Assembly: GCA_045580605.1 (NCBI GenBank)
Contig: JAZNOC010000035.1
Coordinates: 1 to 40,006 of the forward strand
Reading direction: 5' to 3'
DNA from: Clostridia bacterium
Lineage (GTDB): Bacteria; Bacillota; Clostridia; UMGS1883
DNA: 40,006 bases
Shown: positions 1-9,275 of the stretch, one piece after another
Numbering within the stretch: the stretch's first letter is position 1
Layout of the letters: every line of letters begins with the position of its first letter
Program-made: the position numbers and the translations under genes
Notes under the pieces: model-generated
What the model was told of the DNA's origin: nothing
Database searches by the model: none
The model's input: the letters and a program-made list of their open reading frames with translations, nothing else

Positions 1-1
1 G

Positions 2-289
2 GAGTATTCGGGCATAGGCACTGTTGTAATTCACCCCGTTGACAGCTCGGCTGCAGTTTTTGACGGCGGAGAAATCGAGGTGCAGGGTATCCTTTGCGAA
101 AGCCCCAAAAAGACAACGGGCGGCGGCGATAACTTTAACTCGGGCTTCTGTGCAGGACTTCTTGCAGGGCTTGACGTAAAAGAATGCCTCATAAGCGGTA
201 TGACAACATCTTATCTCTATGTTAAAAACGGCAAATGCAACAGCTTTGACGATATAGCCGAAGCTATGAAAATGTATGACGAAGAATAA
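2..289 (+). CDS. PfkB-family carbohydrate kinase, C-terminal fragment (5' end lies outside the window)
   Basis: The frame is open from the window edge. The translated tail ...KKTTGGGDNFNSGFCAGLL... matches the PfkB signature-2 style motif (G-G-D-x-F-x-x-G). The stop codon is at 287-289. Confidence 0.6.
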   Translation, partial: EYSGIGTVVIHPVDSSAAVFDGGEIEVQGILCESPKKTTGGGDNFNSGFCAGLLAGLDVKECLISGMTTSYLYVKNGKCNSFDDIAEAMKMYDEE

Positions 290-296
290 ATATTAT

Positions 297-331
297 AAAA
301 GAAGCAGAGAGTTTAGCTCTCTGCTTCTTTT
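297..331. terminator. Bidirectional rho-independent terminator between convergent genes
   Basis: An 11-bp perfect stem, gaagcagagag (301-311) with ctctctgcttc (317-327), is flanked by AAAA on the left and TTTT on the right. The right arm overlaps the last codons of the minus-strand gene. Confidence 0.7.
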
Positions 332-2838
332 ATAAGTTCAATATTAGAAATTCCAAAGCTTTCAGCCTTTTCGCCCGATTTTCTTAAAAGATTGTAGGGA
401 GTGTTATAAATGGTAACCTCCGCAACATTTCCGCTGTCAAGATTAAAAAGCTCAAACATCGGCTCATCGGTAAAGAAGTATTCTTCTCTTTTGCCGATGC
501 GAATTTTGCATATATCAAAATCACCTTTGACAGACATTAACAACCCTGCAAGGTCAGTATCGGGAAGTGGGGCCTGATATACAAGTTTGCCGTAATAATA
601 GGGCATAGAGTCGGTAATTTCACAGCTTTGGGAAGTACCACTTGGGTAAAGGGTTGAATCAATGCAGTCAAAGTCGCCTGCAAGGACAACAGGCTCAAAC
701 GAGGTAAGGTCGTAAATGGTGTAATAAGACGGGGTACGGCTCTCGAAATTCGGCTTGTAATTGTTATGCTTTTTATATTCAAGCATAAGAGTGTTTTTGC
801 CGTTTGCAATAAGATTTGTTATATCCGCACCATAGTAGCGTGAGTCCTTAAGCGATGGCTCAGGCTTGGGAACATTTTTGCCGTTAAGCAAAATGTTTTC
901 TATCGAAGATGCGTTTTCGATATATACAAAAACACTGCCGATTTTGCCATTTACAAAGAATGGATATTTAACCATAACATTTTCACCCTCGTTGAGTGAA
1001 TAGAACTCTTTATGCAGGTCATCAATCAAAGCCTCGCGGTACGGCTTTCTGCCGAAGCACGCATTAACAGTTTTGAGCGGGAGTAGATTTTCGTCAGCCT
1101 CGCAAAGCTCAAACGGAAGAGAAAGCTCTGCTGTGTAGGATGCAAAGCTTACTCCCGAAACAACTGGCGGGGCAGGGTCAAACTGCAAATCACGGGCAGT
1201 GAAAAGCACTACGGTGTGCCCTTTTTTTATTTTAAAGCTTTCCTTTTCAATATGGTATGCCTCGCCGTCGGACGGGTCAAAAATGAAAAGCTTACTTTCG
1301 GGATTGTATGTAATATCACAGTCATCAAAGGCGGTAACGAAGAAATAATCTGCACTGCCGTCAGTACGCTTCTCACAGTAAAATTTTCCGCTTCCTGACA
1401 AAATATCGTCGTGTGGGGTGAAGTCAAATTTTTCCGAGGAAATAGCGTTTTCGCCCATCTCGCTTGCAATTTTGTTTGTGCTTTCATAAAAATCGCAACC
1501 ATCAGGCAGAATAAGCGTTGAGTATGAATTTTTGCCAACTATTAGCTTGCTGTTTTTTACCTCGCTGTTTTCGAGTATGTACTCATCGGCAATATGAAAA
1601 GGAGTTCTGAATTCAAAGAGCTTTTCTGCAATCTCTTTGAATTCAGAGTAAATTTCTTCTGAGTCGCGGCAGTTAATCTCTCTGCTTGGAAAAACCAAAA
1701 GAATATCGGCACACTCTTTCGTTTTTGATGAAAGCATAGTAAGTCTTGCAATCATCTCGGACATATCGTTTTCGGCAAAATCAGAAAGAGTTGTATTGTT
1801 CTTTTCGTACTTGCGTCTGTCGGTCATAGAGTAGGCAATACTGTCGTAGCAAATATTTCCACCAAAAGACGACAAAAACATTGCCGAAGAAAAACGGCTC
1901 TCACACTTAGAAAACGATGGCGTTCTCAACCTGAATAAAGGTGATTTTCCAAACTGTGAACATATACTTGTAAGCATTTTTATTTGAACAATATCAATAT
2001 TGTCAGACTCTATTTCTGCGTAAGGCATATCGCTTGAAAGGTAGCTGAGCTGTCTGCTTACAAAAAGCTCTCCGCTAACTCCTGCAGAGAAAGAAACACC
2101 ATTTTTGCTGCATTTTTCCTGAAGATACTTTGTAAAATTCTTATTTAATGCCTTGTTAAAATTTGAGTAATATGCGGATTTTTCCTCGTCGCAGTGCTTA
2201 TCATTTGAAACAAGTGCAACACCTGTTTTAACTGCATCACTTGATGCACTTTTGGAATAAAGAGTCTTCGACGGCATATTGATTGAAGTCGCAAAGCCTT
2301 CAATTTCATAACCTATAAAACGCTTGCACTGACGAAAATATTCATCGTAAACAGTTTCCGAAAAGCATTCTGCCGCAAACGAATCTGTTATATCGCAGGT
2401 AACGTGCCTGCCCGATGCGCGCTGAAGAGATATATCTCTAAGCACCAGCTTTTTTGTGCCGTCGTCCTTAACTAAAGTGTCTGTTTTTTCAATTTCCTTG
2501 TCTGTTACATAAACAAAATCTTTTAATCTGTTGTCGGGAACACTTGTAATTTCGCCACCGCCAATGCCGCTTGACTTTCCGTACTCATCGCATATATAAA
2601 GCTTTAAGCCGTACTTTGCGCATCTGCGTGCCGCTGTGCGTACAAGCTCAAAAAAATCGTCCGAGAGGTACTTTATCACAAGCCCGTTTGACGCCCTCAA
2701 AAACACTTTGCCAATCCCAAGATTTGCAAATCTTTTTAGCGAAGCGTCAATCTCTTCAGGCTCGGGGCGTGAACACCAGTCCCAGATGACCGACGGAAGT
2801 GCGTTATTATCTATGTCTGTTAATTCTCTTATATTCAA
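313..2838 (-). CDS. Large cytoplasmic glycoside-hydrolase-like protein (uncharacterised family with a jelly-roll-type C-terminus)
   Basis: 841-aa ORF with a TTG start at 2838 preceded by GAGGTG. The N-terminal segment WDWCSRPEPEEIDASLKRFANLGIGKVFLRASNGL..YLSDDFF..AKYGLKLYICDEYGKSSG resembles the N-terminal barrel of uncharacterised GH-like proteins. No signal peptide is visible. The family assignment is from memory only. Confidence 0.55.
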   Translation of the reverse strand: MNIRELTDIDNNALPSVIWDWCSRPEPEEIDASLKRFANLGIGKVFLRASNGLVIKYLSDDFFELVRTAARRCAKYGLKLYICDEYGKSSGIGGGEITSVPDNRLKDFVYVTDKEIEKTDTLVKDDGTKKLVLRDISLQRASGRHVTCDITDSFAAECFSETVYDEYFRQCKRFIGYEIEGFATSINMPSKTLYSKSASSDAVKTGVALVSNDKHCDEEKSAYYSNFNKALNKNFTKYLQEKCSKNGVSFSAGVSGELFVSRQLSYLSSDMPYAEIESDNIDIVQIKMLTSICSQFGKSPLFRLRTPSFSKCESRFSSAMFLSSFGGNICYDSIAYSMTDRRKYEKNNTTLSDFAENDMSEMIARLTMLSSKTKECADILLVFPSREINCRDSEEIYSEFKEIAEKLFEFRTPFHIADEYILENSEVKNSKLIVGKNSYSTLILPDGCDFYESTNKIASEMGENAISSEKFDFTPHDDILSGSGKFYCEKRTDGSADYFFVTAFDDCDITYNPESKLFIFDPSDGEAYHIEKESFKIKKGHTVVLFTARDLQFDPAPPVVSGVSFASYTAELSLPFELCEADENLLPLKTVNACFGRKPYREALIDDLHKEFYSLNEGENVMVKYPFFVNGKIGSVFVYIENASSIENILLNGKNVPKPEPSLKDSRYYGADITNLIANGKNTLMLEYKKHNNYKPNFESRTPSYYTIYDLTSFEPVVLAGDFDCIDSTLYPSGTSQSCEITDSMPYYYGKLVYQAPLPDTDLAGLLMSVKGDFDICKIRIGKREEYFFTDEPMFELFNLDSGNVAEVTIYNTPYNLLRKSGEKAESFGISNIELIKEAES

Positions 2839-2952
2839 AACATTTCACCTCAGTATAAATATAAGTATAACTAATTCTCAAAAAAAGGTCAATAAAAACT
2901 TGTTATTGTGCGAGACGGGTGATATAATCAGTATGTAAAGGAATGTGAACGT

Positions 2953-3462
2953 ATGAAAATCAATCCAAAACAGTTTTATGATATACTTTATAAGAAACTC
3001 GAAAACATTACTCCTCTGCAAATTGACTGCGGCAAGCTTTGTAATGGAGCATGTTGCGAGGTAACCGATGAAGTTACGGGGATGTATCTTTTTCCATTAG
3101 AAGAATGTGAATATAGTAATTTGCCGCACTGGGCAAAAATCTATGATACAGATTTTGAGTGGCAAAGCGGTAAAACTGCGCCTCTTTTTACCTGTGATGG
3201 TACTTGCGAAAGGGACAGACGTCCTCTTTCGTGCAGAATTTTCCCGCTTGTGCCTTATGCACATCGCGGAGAAAAGCTAAGGCTTATTATGGACCCGAGG
3301 GGGAAGGGCATCTGCCCGCTTGCGTCGGTGATGGATATAAAGGATTTGCAGCCCGAATTCGTAAAACGAGTTTATGAGACGATGCTTCTTTGTATGAAAG
3401 TAAAGGAGTGTAGGGAGTTTATTTATTCACTTACAAATTCTATTGATGAGGCAGGGATATAA
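2953..3462 (+). CDS. YkgJ-family cysteine-cluster protein (CxxCxxCC-type putative Zn/Fe-binding)
   Basis: 169 aa with CGKLCNGACCE near the N-terminus and further Cys residues (FTCDGTCE, LSCRIFPL). A TTGTTA-17-TATAAT promoter-like site lies at 2900-2928. Confidence 0.6.
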   Translation: MKINPKQFYDILYKKLENITPLQIDCGKLCNGACCEVTDEVTGMYLFPLEECEYSNLPHWAKIYDTDFEWQSGKTAPLFTCDGTCERDRRPLSCRIFPLVPYAHRGEKLRLIMDPRGKGICPLASVMDIKDLQPEFVKRVYETMLLCMKVKECREFIYSLTNSIDEAGI

Positions 3463-3464
3463 AT

Positions 3465-4241
3465 ATGAAAGCGTTAATAACAGGTGCAAGCTCAGGATTA
3501 GGTTGGGAAATGGCAACCATCCTGTCAGAAAAAGGATATGATATCGTTGCAGTTGCAAGGCGGAAAGAAAGATTAGAAGAGCTTAAAGCCAGCCTTAAAA
3601 CAAATGTGGAAATACTCTGCCTTGATATCACACGCTCCGAAGATATAGAAGAGATAGCAAATTATCTTGACGATATCGATATTTTTATTAACAATGCAGG
3701 CTTTGGCGTTTTTGGGGATTTGTGCTCATCTGACTTAAAAGAGGAGCTTAATATGATTGAAACTAATGTCAGAGCACTACATATCCTAACCAAGCTTGTC
3801 GCAAAAAAGTTTAAGGAAAAAAACAGTGGATATATATTGAACGTAGCTTCCATTGCTGCATTTTTCCCCGGACCATTGTTTTCGGCTTATTATGCGTCAA
3901 AGGCTTATGTTTACAGACTGACACTTTCCCTCTATGAGGAGCTTCGTCGTGATAAATCAAACGTAAAAATAAGCGTGCTTTGCCCGGGACCCGTTAAAAC
4001 GGAGTTTGAAAAGGTTGCAAAGGTGAGCTTCGGCAGCGGCAACGAAAAGGGAAGAGATTTCATAATCGCCGATAAACGAAAAGTTAGCCGGTACGCAATC
4101 AACAAAATGCTTAAGGGAAAGCTCATCATTATCCCCGGAACACTTATGAAAATTGCAGTATTTTTCAGAAGAATTTTGTCGGAAAAAATGCAGTGCAAAG
4201 TGCTTTATCTTCTGCAAAGCAAAAAATTTGTGCAGAAGTAA
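3465..4241 (+). CDS. SDR-family short-chain dehydrogenase/oxidoreductase
   Basis: Contains the TGASSGLG cofactor-binding motif, NNAG, and the catalytic YYASKAYV (YxxxK). It starts 2 nt after the upstream stop. Confidence 0.85.
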   Translation: MKALITGASSGLGWEMATILSEKGYDIVAVARRKERLEELKASLKTNVEILCLDITRSEDIEEIANYLDDIDIFINNAGFGVFGDLCSSDLKEELNMIETNVRALHILTKLVAKKFKEKNSGYILNVASIAAFFPGPLFSAYYASKAYVYRLTLSLYEELRRDKSNVKISVLCPGPVKTEFEKVAKVSFGSGNEKGRDFIIADKRKVSRYAINKMLKGKLIIIPGTLMKIAVFFRRILSEKMQCKVLYLLQSKKFVQK

Positions 4242-4333
4242 TTGATTGGAAATTTAGCATTGATTACAATGCTTATGGGCAAGACTCATAAATTTTTCAC
4301 ATCAGGTTATACTAATGCCGAGGTGATTTAATT

Positions 4334-4462
4334 ATGAGCAATAAAAAGAAAAAGGAAAACGAGAAGACGGCAACAAATAATCAGTGGGTTTCCACGGGAT
4401 TAACTCGTTCAACCGATAAATCAACTCGAAAAGACGGTCCCGGAGGCGAGGACGCGAAGTAA
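4334..4462 (+). CDS. Small hydrophilic 42-aa protein (MSNKKKKENEKTATNNQWVSTGLTRSTDKSTRKDGPGGEDAK), function unknown
   Basis: Not in the ORF track because it is under 60 aa. ATG at 4334 is preceded by AGGTGA (4321-4326). The stop at 4460-4462 is followed about 17 nt later by a clean intrinsic terminator. The listed antisense ORF 4332-4532 has no such signals. Confidence 0.5.
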   Translation: MSNKKKKENEKTATNNQWVSTGLTRSTDKSTRKDGPGGEDAK

Positions 4463-4478
4463 TCATATAAATATAGAA

Positions 4479-4511
4479 GAACAAAGAGCGCTTAAGTGCT
4501 CTTTGTTTTTT
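4479..4511 (+). terminator. Rho-independent terminator after the small ORF
   Basis: A 10-bp perfect stem, aacaaagagc (4480-4489) with gctctttgtt (4498-4507), runs into a T-tract. Confidence 0.75.
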
Positions 4512-4620
4512 ACACATAATAAAGCAATACAAAAGTCGGTTGAAAGCTACAGAAAAGAGCAGAAATAATACCTGAGAACTCTAAAAAAAACAGGTAAAAA
4601 TGCAATTTTTGTCAAAACTA

Positions 4621-4649
4621 TTGACATTTTGACGAAAAAGGCTTATAAT
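4621..4649 (+). promoter_or_regulatory. Sigma-A-type promoter for the riboswitch-agcS transcript
   Basis: Consensus TTGACA (4621-4626), a 17-nt spacer, then consensus TATAAT (4644-4649). Confidence 0.65.
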
Positions 4650-4669
4650 CGTTATAATTTAATATTTGA

Positions 4670-4838
4670 GCTAAGTGAAGTGTGCAGGAGAAAGGCGTTT
4701 GCCTTGCCGAAGGAGTAATGCTCTCAGGCGCGATGGTGATGACTGTTCACAGATAGCACTCCGGAGAAGTCCGATTTTAAAAGGATGCCGAAGGTGTAAA
4801 ACCCAAGCGGGTTAATCTCTCAGGCAAAAGGACGGAGA
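4670..4838 (+). promoter_or_regulatory. Tandem (two-aptamer) glycine riboswitch
   Basis: Aptamer 1 reads ..GGAGAAAGGCG..GCCGAAGGAGUAA..CUCUCAGGCGCGAUGG... Aptamer 2 reads ..CUCCGGAGAAGUCC..UGCCGAAGGUGUAA..CUCUCAGGCAAAAGGACGGAG. Both carry the conserved GGAGA / CCGAAGG.G.AA / CUCAGGC core of the glycine class. The element sits directly upstream of an alanine/glycine symporter, which is a known association. Confidence 0.8.
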
Positions 4839-4862
4839 AAAAGTTTTAAATAGCTTTTTTAT

Positions 4863-4895
4863 GCGGAGTTTTTGTGTTGCAAAAACTCCGTTTTT
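4863..4895 (+). terminator. Riboswitch expression-platform terminator
   Basis: Stem cggagttttt (4864-4873) with aaaaactccg (4881-4890), followed by TTTTT (4891-4895). It lies 30 nt upstream of the agcS RBS. Confidence 0.75.
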
Positions 4896-4927
4896 ACTTT
4901 GTTTAGCGCAAAAGAGGAGGATAAATT

Positions 4928-6442
4928 ATGGCAAACTTTTTTGAGGCGTTGACAAATTTCAATAATGATGTCAACGGTTTTGTATGGGGCAACGGTCTTT
5001 ACCTGCTCCTCGCAGTAGGTCTTATTATGACTGTTATCACAGGTGTTTTCCAGATAACACATATCGGACACTGGTTCTCTGAAACAATCGGAAAGATTTT
5101 TGACAAAAAAGTATCAGGACACGTTCAGGGTAAGTCAATTTCACAGTTCCAGGCACTTTGTACTGCTCTTGCAGCTACAATCGGTGTAGGTAACATTGCC
5201 GGTGTTGCAGCTGCAATCGTAGGCGGCGGTCCCGGTGCAGTATTCTGGATGTGGATTGCGGCATTCCTTGGTATGATGACAAACTATTCAGAAAACGTTC
5301 TTGGTATTTACTACAGAAGAAAGAATGCAGACGGCGAGTGGTCAGGCGGTGCAATGTACTACTTGAGAGACGGTCTTGGCAAGTTCAAGGGCTGCAAGTG
5401 GATTGGTGCAATCCTTGCGGTGCTCTTCTCAATTTTTGCAATCCTTGCATCATTTGGTATCGGTGCAATGGGTCAGATTAACAAGATTGTTGTTAATATG
5501 GTAGATGCATTCAAGATTCCTTCGCTCGAAGCAATTCCTTTCGGAAATGTTACAATGTATCACCTTATCATTGGTATTGTGCTTGTTATTATTGCAGCAC
5601 TTATCATTCTTGGTGGTCTTAAGAGAATTGCAAACTTCGCAGAAAAGGTTGTACCTTTCATGGTAGTGTTGTTTGTTTTGGGAAGCCTTATCATTATTGG
5701 TGTGAATTTCGGTAAGATTGGTACTGCATTCTCTTTGATTTTCAAGTACGCATTTACCGGTCCTGCTGTATGGGGCGGTGTTACAGGTATTGCCGTTAAG
5801 GAAATCGTAACACTTGGCTGCAAGAGAGGCGTTTTCTCAAACGAGGCAGGTCTTGGTTCATCAGTTATGGTACACTCAAACTCAAACGTTGTAGAGCCTG
5901 TTCGTCAGGGCCTTTGGGGTATTTTTGAGGTGTTCGCTGATACAATGGTAGTTTGTACAATGACTGCTCTTGTAGTTCTTACCTCAGGCGTAATTAATCT
6001 TGAAACAGGTGCTCTTATACAGGGTGCAACCGATGCAAACCTTGTAGCAAAAGCTTTCTCAGGCTTGTTTGGTGTATGGGGTGAAAGATTTATTGCAATT
6101 GCAATTCTTTTGTTCGCATTTACAACTGTTCTCGGCTGGGACCACTATGGTACAAAGGCTTGGGAGTATCTCTTTGGTACAAAGGCAACAAAGCTTTATA
6201 AGGTTATCCATCTTGTAATGATTATGTGTGGTGCTCTTTTGACATCATCACTTGCCTGGGATATTTCCGATACATTCAACGGACTTATGATGGTGCCCAA
6301 CCTTATCGGTGTACTCGCACTTTCAGGTCTTGTTGTTAAGATTACAAGAAACTACATAGACAGAAACCTCAAGCATAAGGACATCAAGCCGATGCTTTCA
6401 GCGTTCCCTGACATTCAGGAAGAGGAAGAAAAGAAACTCTAA
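4928..6442 (+). CDS. agcS: Alanine/glycine:cation (sodium) symporter, AGCS family
   Basis: 504-aa polytopic protein. Contains the family-typical SQFQALCTALAATIGVGNIAGVAAAIVGGGPGAVFWMW block. RBS AGAGGAGG lies at 4912-4920. Confidence 0.9.
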   Translation: MANFFEALTNFNNDVNGFVWGNGLYLLLAVGLIMTVITGVFQITHIGHWFSETIGKIFDKKVSGHVQGKSISQFQALCTALAATIGVGNIAGVAAAIVGGGPGAVFWMWIAAFLGMMTNYSENVLGIYYRRKNADGEWSGGAMYYLRDGLGKFKGCKWIGAILAVLFSIFAILASFGIGAMGQINKIVVNMVDAFKIPSLEAIPFGNVTMYHLIIGIVLVIIAALIILGGLKRIANFAEKVVPFMVVLFVLGSLIIIGVNFGKIGTAFSLIFKYAFTGPAVWGGVTGIAVKEIVTLGCKRGVFSNEAGLGSSVMVHSNSNVVEPVRQGLWGIFEVFADTMVVCTMTALVVLTSGVINLETGALIQGATDANLVAKAFSGLFGVWGERFIAIAILLFAFTTVLGWDHYGTKAWEYLFGTKATKLYKVIHLVMIMCGALLTSSLAWDISDTFNGLMMVPNLIGVLALSGLVVKITRNYIDRNLKHKDIKPMLSAFPDIQEEEEKKL

Positions 6443-6448
6443 AAAAAT

Positions 6449-6483
6449 TAAAGGCAATTTTCGAAAGAAAGTTGCCTTTTTTA
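6449..6483 (+). terminator. Probable intrinsic terminator after agcS
   Basis: Stem aaggcaa (6451-6457) with ttgcctt (6472-6478), followed by a T-run. The loop is fairly large. Confidence 0.5.
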
Positions 6484-6590
6484 TTCGATAGTGATATAAT
6501 GTATACATCTCGGAAAATACAACAATGCAAGTGGCTTGCTGATATTGGCGGGGTAGAGAAAATACAATTTCAAAAAAGGAAGTAGTTAGA

Positions 6591-7889
6591 ATGAGTACAT
6601 TACTATCAGTATCAGTGGCGCTTTTAGCCGGGCTTTTGATGACAAGGGCATTTAAGCCTCTTAAACTGCCGTCAGTAACGGCGTATCTTATAGCCGGTGT
6701 TTTAATTGGTCCTTACTGTGTGGGACAGCTCGGTATAAGTGGTCTTGGATTTGACACAGAGGAAAGTGTTGCGGCGTTAAGGCTTGTATCAGAAGTTGCA
6801 CTTGGATTTATTGCATTTTCAATCGGTAACGAATTCCGCATCGAAGACTTAAAGAAAACGGGTAGGCAGGCAACGGTTATAGGTATATTTCAGGCAGTTG
6901 TAGCAACAATACTTGTTGACTTGGGTCTTTACGGGTTACATCTTCTTATGCCCGATAAAATTAGTGTTCCTCAGCTTATCACCTTGGGTGCTATAGCAAC
7001 GGCAACTGCTCCTGCTGCAACACTTATGGTTGTAAGGCAGTATAAGGCTAAAGGTCCTTTGACAAAGCTTCTTTTACCGATAGTTGCCCTTGACGATGCT
7101 GTTGGACTTATTGTATTTGCTGTATCCTTTGGTATAGCAAAGACGCTGATGTCAGGCAGTGTAGATATTGCTTCAATTATTATAAATCCTTTGGTAGAGA
7201 TTGTATGCTCACTGGCACTTGGTGCGCTTATGGGCTGGCTTCTTACTCAGCTTGAGAAGCTGTTTAACTCAAATACAAACCGTCTTAATTTAACAATAGC
7301 GTTTGTATTTCTGACAGTTTCGCTTTCAATGATGGAGTTTCACATTGGGCCTGTAGCCATACATTTCTCATCACTTCTTGTATGTATGATGCTTGGCACA
7401 GTATTTTGCAATATCTGTCCGCTTTCCCACGATTTGATGGAAAAATCGGATAAATGGACATCACCACTCTTTGCACTTTTCTTTGTAATAAGCGGTGCAG
7501 AGCTTAAGCTTGATGTATTTATGGACTGGTTTATCGTGCTGATAGGCGTTGTGTATATCATCACACGTTCACTCGGTAAGTATTACGGAGCATACGCAAG
7601 TGCAAAGCTTACAAAGTGTGAACCGCAGATTTGCAAATATTTAGGTATTACACTACTTCCTCAGGCCGGTGTTGCTCTCGGTATGTGTGCAACTGCTATG
7701 CAGCTTGGGGCTGAGGGTGAGCTTATCAGAAATATTACACTCTTTGCAGTGTTGGTATATGAGCTTGTAGGTCCGCTTCTTACAAGGCGTGCTCTTATGG
7801 CAGCAGGTGAAATTCAGGCTATTCCTGAAGAGGTTAAAAACCGCCGTCAGACCAAGCTTGATATGGCTAAAAACAGGGGAAATGCCTGA
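6591..7889 (+). CDS. Cation:proton antiporter (CPA2 / Kef-type Na+/H+ exchanger family), with no fused RCK domain
   Basis: 432 aa with about 12 hydrophobic segments. N-terminus LPSVTAYLIAGVLIGP and ..EFRIEDLKK.. are typical of sodium/hydrogen exchanger family proteins. RBS AAGGAAG is present. Confidence 0.8.
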   Translation: MSTLLSVSVALLAGLLMTRAFKPLKLPSVTAYLIAGVLIGPYCVGQLGISGLGFDTEESVAALRLVSEVALGFIAFSIGNEFRIEDLKKTGRQATVIGIFQAVVATILVDLGLYGLHLLMPDKISVPQLITLGAIATATAPAATLMVVRQYKAKGPLTKLLLPIVALDDAVGLIVFAVSFGIAKTLMSGSVDIASIIINPLVEIVCSLALGALMGWLLTQLEKLFNSNTNRLNLTIAFVFLTVSLSMMEFHIGPVAIHFSSLLVCMMLGTVFCNICPLSHDLMEKSDKWTSPLFALFFVISGAELKLDVFMDWFIVLIGVVYIITRSLGKYYGAYASAKLTKCEPQICKYLGITLLPQAGVALGMCATAMQLGAEGELIRNITLFAVLVYELVGPLLTRRALMAAGEIQAIPEEVKNRRQTKLDMAKNRGNA

Positions 7890-7912
7890 AACTTTATAAT
7901 GAGGAATTCTAA

Positions 7913-9262
7913 ATGAAGAGAATGATGAAGAAATTATCGTCAATGCAGGTAATTATGATTGCTTTTTTTCTGGTAATCATAGCTGGCAGTGTTCTTTTGT
8001 CCCTGCCTGTAAGTTCAGCCGGAGACAAAGCGGTTTCATACATTGATGCACTGTTTACGGCTACCACATCTACATGTGTTACGGGATTGGTAACCTTGCC
8101 TACTGTAACAACATGGAGTTTTTTCGGGCAGCTTATTATTCTTATTCTCATTCAGATTGGCGGCATGGGTGTTATAACGGTTATTACCGGTTTGATGTTG
8201 CTTATCAACAAAAGATTTGGGATTGAAGACAGAATTCTAATTGGAGAGTCGTTTAATCTCAATTCTCTTGAGGGAATAGTAAAGCTTGTAAAAAAGGTTA
8301 TAAAAGTTACAATGATTACAGAGGGTATCGGGGCGTTATTGTATATGACCGTTTTTGTGCCTGAGTTTGGTGCCAAGGGAATCTGGATATCGATTTTTAC
8401 GGCTGTATCTGCATTTTGCAACGCGGGAATAGATATTATGGCAGAAAACAGTCTTTGCAATTATGCTTTAAATCCCATAGTTAACATAACAACAATGCTG
8501 TTAATTATTTTTGGCGGTATAGGCTTTATTGTGTTGCTTGACATTGGCAAAATAATTAAGAACAAACAAAGAAGACATTTAAGGTTTTTGAGCCTTCACA
8601 GTAAAATTGCCTTGTCTGTAACCTTGTTTTTGATAATTTCGGGAGCTATTTTGTTTTTGGCTTTTGAATATAACAATCCCTCAACTATCGGCGGGTATTC
8701 ATTGCCCGAAAAAATTATGGTTTCACTGTTCCAGTCGGTAACGACAAGAACGGCAGGCTTTGCGACCATAGCTCAGGAGAATTTAACGGATGCGTCAGCT
8801 TTAGTATCAATGCTGCTGATGTTTGTGGGCGGGTCTCCTGCAGGTACTGCGGGCGGTATAAAGACCGTTACGCTTTACGTTCTTATAGTCAGTGCAGTCT
8901 CTGTTATAAAAAACAAGAGAACGGTAGATGTGTTTAACAGGCAAGTTTCTGCAGATGCAATCAAAAAGTCGGTGGCGGTATTTATGACTTCACTTTGCAC
9001 TGTAATAGCTTCAACTTTAATGCTTCTGCTTTTCAGCGGCGGCAATTTCCTTGATGTAATATACGAAACGGTGAGTGCAACTGCAACAGTAGGCCTTACA
9101 CGAAACTTTACGGGAACACTTAACTTTATCGGGAAATTAGTTATAATTTTAACAATGTATTTTGGCAGAATTGGGCCACTGTCGTTGGCGCTGGCTTTCC
9201 GCATGAGGAAGAAAAATGAGAACTTAATCACAAATCCTGTTGAAGAAATAAGTGTAGGATAA
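7913..9262 (+). CDS. ktrB: TrkH/KtrB-family potassium uptake membrane subunit
   Basis: 449 aa. Contains repeated pore-loop-like motifs (TSTCVTGL, FCNAGID, TTRTAGF, TATVGLT) that are typical of KtrB/TrkH. It starts 23 nt after the antiporter gene. Confidence 0.85.
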   Translation: MKRMMKKLSSMQVIMIAFFLVIIAGSVLLSLPVSSAGDKAVSYIDALFTATTSTCVTGLVTLPTVTTWSFFGQLIILILIQIGGMGVITVITGLMLLINKRFGIEDRILIGESFNLNSLEGIVKLVKKVIKVTMITEGIGALLYMTVFVPEFGAKGIWISIFTAVSAFCNAGIDIMAENSLCNYALNPIVNITTMLLIIFGGIGFIVLLDIGKIIKNKQRRHLRFLSLHSKIALSVTLFLIISGAILFLAFEYNNPSTIGGYSLPEKIMVSLFQSVTTRTAGFATIAQENLTDASALVSMLLMFVGGSPAGTAGGIKTVTLYVLIVSAVSVIKNKRTVDVFNRQVSADAIKKSVAVFMTSLCTVIASTLMLLLFSGGNFLDVIYETVSATATVGLTRNFTGTLNFIGKLVIILTMYFGRIGPLSLALAFRMRKKNENLITNPVEEISVG

Positions 9263-9275
9263 AGGAGTGTTAAAT

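Noticed and set aside
537-2938. Several 60-103-aa ORFs on both strands inside or overlapping the 841-aa gene.
   Set aside because: They are fully nested in a long uninterrupted ORF, and none has start signals.
6443-6590. I looked for a c-di-AMP (ydaO-type) or other riboswitch ahead of the K+ transport operon.
   Set aside because: The leader is short, with a TG-extended -10-like gtgatataat at 6491-6500. It shows no recognisable conserved riboswitch core or terminator/antiterminator pair.
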